Positions 48,353-56,869 of a stretch of DNA of 64,000 nucleotides are shown piece after piece. The number at the start of each line of letters is the position of its first letter. Positions within the stretch are counted from its first letter, which is position 1. A program made the position numbers and the translations under genes. This DNA comes from an uncultured Candidatus Saccharibacteria bacterium. GTDB taxonomy: Bacteria; Patescibacteriota; Dojkabacteria; JAOAGR01. Location of the stretch: contig CAZDBO010000001.1 in the NCBI GenBank assembly GCA_964503755.1, positions 92,285-156,284 of the forward strand, read 5' to 3'. Under the pieces are notes generated by a model. That model did not search any database, was not told the DNA's origin, and saw only the letters and a list, made by a program, of their open reading frames with translations.

Positions 48353-48838
48353 ATGGATAACGCGACTAATAATAGATATACTTTTACACAAGAAGGTTAT
48401 GATAAATTAAAAGCCGAATTAGAGTATTTAAAGACGGTCGTCCGTGAAGAAATTACAAAAAAGCTTAATGAAGCCGTCTCATATGGTGATCTTTCAGAGA
48501 ATGCTGCTTATGCTGTTGCGGTAGAAGCTAGAGATGTTAATGAATCAAGAATTGCTGAATTGGAAGAGATACTTGCTAATGCAGTTATTGTTAATTCTCT
48601 TTCTAATTCTAAAAATGATATAGATATTGGTTCTGTAGTAACTTTGGAGGATTTATCAAATGGAGAAGTAATACAATTTACTGTTGTTGGAACAGGAGAG
48701 ACAGATTTTACACAAAGAAAATTTGGAGTAGATAGTCCCATGGTATCACAAATAATTGGTAAGAAAAAAGGTGATGAAGTAGAGATCAATACACCAGCTG
48801 GTGTAAAACGATTTCTAGTTAAAAATGTGGAAAATTAG
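48353..48838 (+). CDS. greA: transcription elongation factor GreA
   Basis: 161 aa. N-terminal coiled coil with acidic tip (YGDLSENAAY). C-terminal FKBP-like domain. Confidence 0.88.
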   Translation: MDNATNNRYTFTQEGYDKLKAELEYLKTVVREEITKKLNEAVSYGDLSENAAYAVAVEARDVNESRIAELEEILANAVIVNSLSNSKNDIDIGSVVTLEDLSNGEVIQFTVVGTGETDFTQRKFGVDSPMVSQIIGKKKGDEVEINTPAGVKRFLVKNVEN

Positions 48839-49230
48839 TTCTAAGTCTTATTAAATTTATAAATTTACCTAATTTCGAATTTAGTTTTATCTTTATTTTT
48901 TCAACCTATACGTATCGTATATTTTTTACTATTTAAAATTTAATATTGGATTATGTTTCGTATAAAGTAGAATCTAAGTTTAACTAAGAGTATTGGTAAA
49001 TTTCTAAAATTTATTTTTAGATAAGTAAATTTGTTTATACTATGAAGATTTGTTAGATTAATTCAATTTTATTTTACAGAACTTAAAATAAGCAATACTT
49101 TTAAGGTTTAGATAGAAAAAGCAAACAATATATTAACTAAATTTTATTTGTTCTTCAAATTCAGGTAGATTAATCTCATCAGTCGAGTTTTATCAAAATA
49201 TTTTCAGGAAATAATAGAAAGAGATTATGT

Positions 49231-50592
49231 TTAGTTTCTGGAAATATACTCTTTTCCCATGTATTTCACTAGAGCTTTTGGTATTCTAATGCTACCATCT
49301 TTTTGCTGATAATTTTCCACAATAGCAATTATCATTCGTCCAAATGCTATACCGGTGTCGTTTACAGTGTGACAATATTCTTTTTCTCCATTTATTTTTT
49401 TTCTGTATTTTATATTTAATCTTCTAGCTTGATAGTCTGTGGTATTCGTATTTGTACCAACTTCCATAAATGTCTGTTGACCTGGCAACCAAACTTCGAC
49501 ATCTGCCTGTTTTGCTGATGCACTGTATCCCATGTCACCCGTACATTTTTCTATAATATGGAAAGGTAGTTCTAAATTTTGTAGCAACCATTTATTAATA
49601 TCTAATAGTTCTTCATATATTTTTTCGCTCTGTTCTGGAGTACAGATTACATCTAATTCTAATTTGTCAAATTGATGCATTCTTTTTAATCCTCTAGTAT
49701 CTCTTCCCCAACTACCAACCTCAGTTCGAAAACAAACAGTACTAGCTACTAATTTTAGAGGTAGTTCATCTTCATTAAGTATTTTATCCATTGCATAAGC
49801 AAAGTTTGGGGGTTCAGAACTACCAACTAGAAATAGAGAATCTTTTTCTTCTAAATAATCAGATTTGATTTCATAGGCTTGATCTCGACCTTCGGGAAAA
49901 TGACTTGTACCAAAAAGGACACGTTCTTTTACTAATAATGGAGGATTGATTGGTGTGAATCCCCTCTTATATAACTCCTCAAGCATTAAGTTTTGTAATG
50001 CAAATTGTAGCTTTACTATATCACCTATAAGATAAGTAAATCGAGCACCGGATACTTTTGCTCCCTGTTTAAAATCACACAATCCTAATTCTTCTAAAAT
50101 ATCTAGGTGATGTCTACCTTCAAATTGAATCTCCGAATGTGGTGGTGTTTTGGGCATGTATTTGACCGAATCCATATAACCACCTATTTGATCTTTTCCT
50201 AATTCACCCAAGGTTGGGGTCCAAGCATATATCTCTGTATTTTCAGTATCGTCTTTACCAATCTTTACCCCCTCCAGAGGAATATTTGGAATCCATGATA
50301 GTATTTCAAACCATTCTTTTTCTATAGTTTCAAGAGCTTTAGATAGTTCCTGTTCTTTCTTTTTTAAGGCCTTTCCACGTTCTATAAGAGTTTCATCCTT
50401 TTTTGTGGATAGTATATTTGCAATTTTATTTCTTTCTTGATTTACGGTACTAATTTCTGATAGTAGTTCATTTCTTTGTTTATCTAACGATAATAAGCGG
50501 TCTACATCTGCTTTTTGAGAGTTTACTTTTCTTAATTTAATAATCTCTTTTACTCTTTCAGGATTATTTCGTATATAGTTTATATCTATCAT
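49231..50592 (-). CDS. serS: seryl-tRNA synthetase
   Basis: 453 aa. N-terminal coiled-coil arm. Class II motifs (FRTEVGSWGRDTRGLKRMHQFDKLE). Confidence 0.9.
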   Translation of the reverse strand: MIDINYIRNNPERVKEIIKLRKVNSQKADVDRLLSLDKQRNELLSEISTVNQERNKIANILSTKKDETLIERGKALKKKEQELSKALETIEKEWFEILSWIPNIPLEGVKIGKDDTENTEIYAWTPTLGELGKDQIGGYMDSVKYMPKTPPHSEIQFEGRHHLDILEELGLCDFKQGAKVSGARFTYLIGDIVKLQFALQNLMLEELYKRGFTPINPPLLVKERVLFGTSHFPEGRDQAYEIKSDYLEEKDSLFLVGSSEPPNFAYAMDKILNEDELPLKLVASTVCFRTEVGSWGRDTRGLKRMHQFDKLELDVICTPEQSEKIYEELLDINKWLLQNLELPFHIIEKCTGDMGYSASAKQADVEVWLPGQQTFMEVGTNTNTTDYQARRLNIKYRKKINGEKEYCHTVNDTGIAFGRMIIAIVENYQQKDGSIRIPKALVKYMGKEYISRN

Positions 50593-50602
50593 AAATGCTT
50601 AT

Positions 50603-51190
50603 TTATTCTGAAGAGTTTAATTCTTCTAAATATTTTTGATATTCTATATCTTTTGACATGATTGTTTCAAGAGCTTGTCGAGTCACGTCAGCTTTACTTA
50701 AACCATTTCTTTTAACATTCCATTCCAGATACTGATCTATATGTGGCGGTAATATCAACAAAAATTTTGTTTGCATAAGACTACGTGCTTCTTCTAGAGC
50801 TTCTGATAATCTTATTTCTAAGGTGCTTGTTGTATATTTTTTAACTAATAGATATTTTGAAGGATGATTTTGTAAAGTTTTTATTTGACTATGCGATTTT
50901 GAAATAAAATCAGTATTATAAATCACTATAACAGGCTTTTTATTTGCTATAGATATAGATGCTTCATACAAAATATACGTACTCTTTTTGGTATATTCGA
51001 TTACTACCAAATCAGATTTTAAAATATTATCTTCATTAGACTGTATTATTTTTTTAATTTCTTGCTTATTATTTTCTAATTGTATAGGCTTTCTTTCTAC
51101 AATGCTAAAACGACGAATTTTTAATATGTCTCTAATCCGATTTATAGTTTCTGAATGAGACTTATAACTATAAGATAAGTATATTTTCAT
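50603..51190 (-). CDS. Rossmannoid nucleoside 2-deoxyribosyltransferase/SLOG-like domain fused to C-terminal ribbon-helix-helix domain
   Basis: 195 aa. N-terminal MKIYLSYSY...DLVVIEYTKKSTYILYEASISIANKKPVIVIY fits the NDT-like fold pattern. C-terminal LILPPHIDQYLEWNVKRNGLSKADVTRQALETIM fits the RHH (CopG/Arc) pattern. Confidence 0.4.
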   Translation of the reverse strand: MKIYLSYSYKSHSETINRIRDILKIRRFSIVERKPIQLENNKQEIKKIIQSNEDNILKSDLVVIEYTKKSTYILYEASISIANKKPVIVIYNTDFISKSHSQIKTLQNHPSKYLLVKKYTTSTLEIRLSEALEEARSLMQTKFLLILPPHIDQYLEWNVKRNGLSKADVTRQALETIMSKDIEYQKYLEELNSSE

Positions 51191-51263
51191 TGGTAAAGTA
51201 TATAATATAAATCACAAAATTCAAAAATTATTAAAATATTCTTAATTGATTAAATTTTAAAAT

Positions 51264-52556
51264 TTATGGGTGTAATCGATTAATCATTCTTGGAAAAGGA
51301 ATTGTGGTTCTTACATGCTTGACACCTGCAATGTATTTCACAAGTCTTTCTAGACCTAGGCCAAATCCACTATGAGGTACAGTTCCATATCTTCTCAAAT
51401 CAAAATACCAATCAAATACTTTTGGATCTAAACCATATTCTCTAATTCGTTTTTCTAACAAATCTAAATCATGAATTCTTTGACTTCCACCTATTATTTC
51501 TCCACATCCTTCGGGCGCTAAAAGATCATTGCATAGTACTCTATTATCACCTTCTTCAAGATCAGGCTGCATATAAAATGCTTTGATCTCTGCAGGCATA
51601 TGATGCAATACTATAAATTCATCATACATGCTTGTTAACACTGCCTCCTCATCAGCGCCTATATCAGCACGTTCATCTAATGAATAACCATGTTTATTTA
51701 ACTCTTTTACTGCGTCACGATGATGCATCCATATAAAAGGTTTTAGAGCATTCTCTAGTTTTTTAAGATCTCGTCCGAGTATTTCAAGTTCATATGTACA
51801 ATTTTCTAAACAATATTTAACAACATATTTAATCATTCTTTCTTGAAGTGCAATATTATCTTTCCAATCATAAAAAGAAACTTCGGGTTCTAACATCCAA
51901 AACTCAGTAAGATGTCTTCGTGTTTTTGATTTTTCAGCACGAAATGTAGGACCAAATGTGTATATTTTCCCAAAAGCCATAGCTCCTGCTTCGCCGTGCA
52001 ATTGTGCACTTTGAGTAAGGTATGCACTTCTGCCAAAATATTCAACTTCAAATAATGTAGAACCTCCTTCAACTTCATTTGCTGTAAACATCGGACCGTC
52101 AAATTTGATAAAACCCTCGTTATGAAAAAATTCATGTAAAGCCCAGATTATTTCCGATCTTATTTTCAAAGTGGCAAATTGACTTTTAGATCTTAACCAT
52201 AAATGTCTTCTATCTAATAAAAATTTAACACCATGTTTTTTAGGTGCTATTGGATAATTATTTGATACACCAATGACATCTAAACTATTCAAATTTAACT
52301 CCACACCCATTGGAGAACGTGCATCTTCTTTTACAACACCTATGACTTCTACTGAAGATTCTATACCTAGTTTATCTATTTCAGAAAATTTATCAGCACC
52401 TAATTTATTTTTTTCTAATACAGCTTGAACAAAACCAGTACCATCTCTCAATATTAGAAATATGATTGACCCTGATGATCTTTTATTAGCTATCCATCCT
52501 TTTATTTTTACTTCTTGCCCCAGACGGTTTTTTAATTTGCTTATATTAGTTTCCAT
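51264..52556 (-). CDS. asnS: asparaginyl-tRNA synthetase (class IIb; archaeal-type AspRS not excluded)
   Basis: 430 aa. N-terminal OB anticodon-binding domain. Motif 2 FRAEKSKTRRHLTEFWMLEPEVSF is close to the AsnRS consensus. Confidence 0.6.
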   Translation of the reverse strand: METNISKLKNRLGQEVKIKGWIANKRSSGSIIFLILRDGTGFVQAVLEKNKLGADKFSEIDKLGIESSVEVIGVVKEDARSPMGVELNLNSLDVIGVSNNYPIAPKKHGVKFLLDRRHLWLRSKSQFATLKIRSEIIWALHEFFHNEGFIKFDGPMFTANEVEGGSTLFEVEYFGRSAYLTQSAQLHGEAGAMAFGKIYTFGPTFRAEKSKTRRHLTEFWMLEPEVSFYDWKDNIALQERMIKYVVKYCLENCTYELEILGRDLKKLENALKPFIWMHHRDAVKELNKHGYSLDERADIGADEEAVLTSMYDEFIVLHHMPAEIKAFYMQPDLEEGDNRVLCNDLLAPEGCGEIIGGSQRIHDLDLLEKRIREYGLDPKVFDWYFDLRRYGTVPHSGFGLGLERLVKYIAGVKHVRTTIPFPRMINRLHP

Positions 52557-52573
52557 AGTTTTTCGACTTAGTT

Positions 52574-52987
52574 TTAAAATGGCAAATCATCGTCCTCTTC
52601 AATGTCATCTATATTCGCTTCGTTTAAAGCTTCATTTGATTGTGAAGAGGAGTCTTTTTTATCTAAAATAACTATATTTTCGGCACGGATTTTGTATTTG
52701 ATTCTTGTTTTTCCTGTGTCGGCATCTGTCCATGAATCTGTCCTTATAGTGCCTTCGACATATACTTTTGAACCTTTACTTAGATATTGACCTGCAATTT
52801 TAGCAAGACCACCCCAAGCTTCTATATCTAGATAAGTTACTATCTCTTGGATAGTTCCGTCTTGTTTTTTGTAGGATTCATTTATAGCTATTGAAAACTT
52901 TGCTACCTCAGTTGATGAATTCACAATCGTTACTTCTGGATTTCTAACAAGATTACCTATTAATATTACTTTATTTACACATCTCAT
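52574..52987 (-). CDS. ssb: single-stranded DNA-binding protein
   Basis: 137 aa. OB fold. Acidic C-terminal tail ending DDDLPF. Confidence 0.9.
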   Translation of the reverse strand: MRCVNKVILIGNLVRNPEVTIVNSSTEVAKFSIAINESYKKQDGTIQEIVTYLDIEAWGGLAKIAGQYLSKGSKVYVEGTIRTDSWTDADTGKTRIKYKIRAENIVILDKKDSSSQSNEALNEANIDDIEEDDDLPF

Positions 52988-53033
52988 AAATCATTTCGAT
53001 TCTAGCATGTTTATGTTTTAAAAAACAGATTTT

Positions 53034-54320
53034 TTATTTGATTTCATAAATTTGAGCTCCTAAAGAAACTAATTTTTGTATTAAATCAGGATATCTACGA
53101 TATAACGGATCAATATTTTCAATTATTGTATCGCCGTTCGCAGTAAGAGCTGATATTAAAATGGAATGAGCGCACTGTATTATGTTTGGCGATTGCACTT
53201 TTGTACCTTTTAATTTACTAGGTCCAAAAGTAATCACCATATGTGGGTGAGCAATTATAATTGAGGCACCAAGTTTTTGTAACTCTTCAACAAAATATAA
53301 TTGGCTTTCGTACATGTTTGAGTATATTTTTATACTACTTTCTGCTTGTATTGCTAACGCTATTGCTTGAGGGATTAGATCTACAGGAAATCCGGGCCAA
53401 GGTTGATCCTGAATCTTGTCTATATCACCGCGAATATTTTTTCTACAGATCAAATTTTGGCTTGATGGAACTAATATATCATCTGCATCTATCTGATAAT
53501 TAAGATTTAATTTAGAGAAATAATTCAATATCTGTGTTAGGTTTTGTGGTTTTGTATTTTTGATTCTTAGTTCTCCTCTAGTTATTGCGGCTGCAACTAT
53601 CCATCCTCCTACATCAATATGATCAGGTTCTATAGTCCATTCACCGCCTTTTAATCTATCTACACCAGTAATTATTAGTTTATTCGTGCTAATGCCTTCT
53701 ATCTTAGCACCAATGCTATTTAGAAATCGACATAACTCTTGTGTGTGTGGTTCACATGCAGCGTTATATATAATAGTTGTTCCTTTGGCTTTTACGGCAG
53801 CAAGAATTAGATTTTCAGTTCCTGTAACAGACGCTTCGAGAAGCCAGATTGGTTCTAGCAAAGGTTTTAACTTAGTTGTTTCTAATCGATAATAATTTTC
53901 TTTAGAAACCGTTACATTCATGCTTTGCAGACCTTGGAATAATGTATCCAGAGGTCTATTTCCCAATTTGCATCCTCCGGGATTGTTTATCTCAGCTTTG
54001 CCAAATCTTGAGAGTAAAGGTCCTAAAAATACAAAAGTAGCCCTTTCTTTATCTGCTAATTTATCATCAATTTTGTAACTATTAATGCTTGATGAATCAA
54101 ATCTATAAGAATTATCTCCGATTTTTTCTACCTTACCACCGAGCTGTTTAAATACTTCAATAAATATATTTACAGATGAAGTATTAGGTACATTGTGTAA
54201 AATAACAGGTTCATCAGCTAATATAATAGCTGGTATTATTTTTATTACAGAATTTTTATTAGGAACTGGTGTTACTGTACCATTTAATGTGCTTCCACCT
54301 TTTACTAATATTGTTTTCAT
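53034..54320 (-). CDS. murA: UDP-N-acetylglucosamine 1-carboxyvinyltransferase
   Basis: 428 aa. EPT family. N-terminal VKGGSTLNGTVTPVPNKNS. Its position after cell-envelope genes favours MurA over AroA. Confidence 0.8.
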   Translation of the reverse strand: MKTILVKGGSTLNGTVTPVPNKNSVIKIIPAIILADEPVILHNVPNTSSVNIFIEVFKQLGGKVEKIGDNSYRFDSSSINSYKIDDKLADKERATFVFLGPLLSRFGKAEINNPGGCKLGNRPLDTLFQGLQSMNVTVSKENYYRLETTKLKPLLEPIWLLEASVTGTENLILAAVKAKGTTIIYNAACEPHTQELCRFLNSIGAKIEGISTNKLIITGVDRLKGGEWTIEPDHIDVGGWIVAAAITRGELRIKNTKPQNLTQILNYFSKLNLNYQIDADDILVPSSQNLICRKNIRGDIDKIQDQPWPGFPVDLIPQAIALAIQAESSIKIYSNMYESQLYFVEELQKLGASIIIAHPHMVITFGPSKLKGTKVQSPNIIQCAHSILISALTANGDTIIENIDPLYRRYPDLIQKLVSLGAQIYEIK

Positions 54321-54925
54321 TATTTTTCAATAAAAGATAAAAATATACGCATAGGTACAAGGATTAAGATTATTATTCCAATAGTAAATGGTATAAATAA
54401 CCAGGTTTTATACACAAATGAAATAGCACCTACTATCAACATAACAATCCAAAATATATGCGCATTTTTTTGAAAAAATAAAAATAAAGAATTCGGAATA
54501 TCTTGTTTATTGCTTATCCTTCCTATACTTTCTGTCGAGAATATGAAAAATAAAAACATTAGTACAAAGAAAACATAAAAGTACAAATAATTACCGTAAA
54601 CTGTACCATTATAATATAGACTTAATATTTTAATAGTAATGAAAAATAAAATATAACTAATAATCAGAGATGCAGAAAGTGCAATATGTGAATTTATAGA
54701 AGTGTTTTTGGTTAATTTTCTTGTTACACTTGTGTATAAAAAAACATTAATAATTACTAATAAAAAAATTGGAATGTACCAAGAATATTTAATTTCGTTT
54801 ATTAAAAAAAAATAATTTGATTCAAAATACATTGTTCCAATTATTAACAAAGTGAAAATACTTAAATAACTAAAAAAATATACACTTGGTCTGTCAAGTT
54901 TGATATTTAAATTTATTTTTTTCAT
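54320..54925 (-). CDS. hypothetical integral membrane protein (about 6 TM)
   Basis: 201 aa, hydrophobic throughout. Start overlaps the upstream gene by 4 nt. Confidence 0.4.
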   Translation of the reverse strand: MKKINLNIKLDRPSVYFFSYLSIFTLLIIGTMYFESNYFFLINEIKYSWYIPIFLLVIINVFLYTSVTRKLTKNTSINSHIALSASLIISYILFFITIKILSLYYNGTVYGNYLYFYVFFVLMFLFFIFSTESIGRISNKQDIPNSLFLFFQKNAHIFWIVMLIVGAISFVYKTWLFIPFTIGIIILILVPMRIFLSFIEK

Positions 54926-56151
54926 AACCGTAAAGAATAATTTTGTATTTGATTATATAAATTTATTGCCAAATATATTAGATAACTAATTATTACATTA
55001 GTTATGCCAGATATAATGCCAGTTTGGGTGTATACAATAACAAATATTGATGTAATTAGTGTGATACCAGTATAAATCAGATATCTTTTATCTATCTCAA
55101 AAAGATGAGACATACCTACAAATGCTATAACAATAGCGTCCATCATTGTGATGGGTAATACAAATAGTTTTGTTATTGCTAGAGTCAATACTATGATTGC
55201 TAGTGATTCTACTATTTTACTTAACGACCTATTTCTATCTTTAATTAATCTATAAATTATTGAGATTAGAAAGATGGTGAAAATTGGAGATATGTTTTTC
55301 ACTATTTCTGTCTGTGTAGTTTGATCATAAATTTTTCCGCTAATTCTTTTATATTCGCTACTTAGACTTGGAGTATTAAACAGTGTTTTTATGCTTTCAG
55401 CTTCTAAGGGATTATTAGTTGTCGTGATTACTAATCTTTCAGGAACAAAATCAACCGCAAACTGATTTGAACTAGTAATTCGAGCATTAGAATATTCACG
55501 TGTACCATGTTTCACTGTTAAGACCTGATATTGTTGATTTTTTAGTATTTCTAATTTTTCTTTACTTATAAAAAGTGAAGGTTCTAAATATACGATGTAT
55601 CCCTGCGAATTTTGATCAAAAGCTACTTTTGCTGGACCAAAATCTGATCTAGATAAATTTAATGATTTTACAATTGTTGTTTCTGTGGGTGTTTCTGCGT
55701 CACCGTTTGTTTCGGAATTACTCTGAGTTATTTCTTTTACTAATATATCAAAGTTGTTTGTATCTTTTGTTATGATAATATCTTGTTCAATAGCTATTGG
55801 GGATTTAATATGAAGTTGAATTTTGTTGTCTTTTGTTTTGACTGTATTTAGAAAATAAAAGTTACCGAGTAATTCATACATTCGTTGTGAAATTATATGC
55901 ATATCGTCTGATGCGGCTTCGTTCCATATAGCTGGTGCATCAAAACTATTGACACTTTCAAATACATAGACGTATTGTTTGCTAAATGTAAATTCATCAT
56001 ATGCAAAATTAAAAAAATTAAAATCTGATAAAGAAGGTAATCCTTTGTAAGAAATTATTTTATTGTCAAATCTGAAGGCAAACTGTGGTAATAAATATAT
56101 AACAGATACAAATGCGAATATTATTAAAAATATCTTTAAAACATGTTTCAT
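54922..56151 (-). CDS. hypothetical membrane protein (N-terminal TM, large extracytoplasmic domain, C-terminal 5-TM bundle)
   Basis: 409 aa. Topology inferred from hydrophobic segments. Confidence 0.4.
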   Translation of the reverse strand: MKHVLKIFLIIFAFVSVIYLLPQFAFRFDNKIISYKGLPSLSDFNFFNFAYDEFTFSKQYVYVFESVNSFDAPAIWNEAASDDMHIISQRMYELLGNFYFLNTVKTKDNKIQLHIKSPIAIEQDIIITKDTNNFDILVKEITQSNSETNGDAETPTETTIVKSLNLSRSDFGPAKVAFDQNSQGYIVYLEPSLFISKEKLEILKNQQYQVLTVKHGTREYSNARITSSNQFAVDFVPERLVITTTNNPLEAESIKTLFNTPSLSSEYKRISGKIYDQTTQTEIVKNISPIFTIFLISIIYRLIKDRNRSLSKIVESLAIIVLTLAITKLFVLPITMMDAIVIAFVGMSHLFEIDKRYLIYTGITLITSIFVIVYTQTGIISGITNVIISYLIYLAINLYNQIQNYSLRL

Positions 56152-56198
56152 CGCTTTTAGATTATACAGATGTTCATTATTTTAGCAAATAATAAAAA

Positions 56199-56843
56199 TC
56201 AAAATTTAAGTTTATCTTTAGATATTCCAGTAATTTGACATAGTATATTTTTGTAATAATTTTTAATAAATTCTTGATCTACAATTTTTGATTCAAAATC
56301 GGGAGAAATATATTGTTCGTTTTTGATAATGATATTTTTTTTAGGATTAAAAAAAATATTCGAATTAATTTTGACTTTTTCGCCTGATATATGACATCGT
56401 ATTGATATATCTTCATTTAATATTTTCAATAATCTACGCATAAATTTGATATAGAGTGTAATAAGTGTTTCTTCTTCTGGAGGATTTATGAATAAATCAT
56501 ATACTAAATTGAAGAGATCTTTGTCTTTGTATTGGTTGCTTGTAGTATAAGTTATTTTTAATATATCAAAAACAAATAGTAAGTATTTTTCGTCATAATT
56601 TTGTGTAGTGACAATAGATTTAATAACTTGTGCTTCCTTAATATAAGAAAAATTTTTCCCTTCTCTATAAACGATTTCTAAAATATTACCCAGTGAAAAA
56701 TAATTTGATTCATTTTTATTTCTGACTAAAAACTTCCTTAGAGCGCCATCATTACACAGTGCTTCTAGAATAAATGTATTATCACTGTATTTAAATTTAT
56801 TTAAAGTTATTGTTTTGGCTTTTTTGTCTAAAATTTTTGTCAT
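56199..56843 (-). CDS. RecO-like DNA repair protein (divergent)
   Basis: 214 aa. N-terminal OB-like segment (NTFILEALCNDGALRKFLVRN). Central helical region and a degenerate Zn-finger-like CHISGEKV. Confidence 0.35.
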   Translation of the reverse strand: MTKILDKKAKTITLNKFKYSDNTFILEALCNDGALRKFLVRNKNESNYFSLGNILEIVYREGKNFSYIKEAQVIKSIVTTQNYDEKYLLFVFDILKITYTTSNQYKDKDLFNLVYDLFINPPEEETLITLYIKFMRRLLKILNEDISIRCHISGEKVKINSNIFFNPKKNIIIKNEQYISPDFESKIVDQEFIKNYYKNILCQITGISKDKLKF

Positions 56844-56869
56844 TACAGGTAAAATAGTATACTTGGTCT

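Noticed and set aside
49231-50700. T-box leader for serS or ilvB
   Set aside because: serS starts 10 nt after the upstream gene's stop and ilvB has only about 125 nt of leader. That is too short for a T-box, and no specifier/antiterminator-like GC-rich stems are visible.
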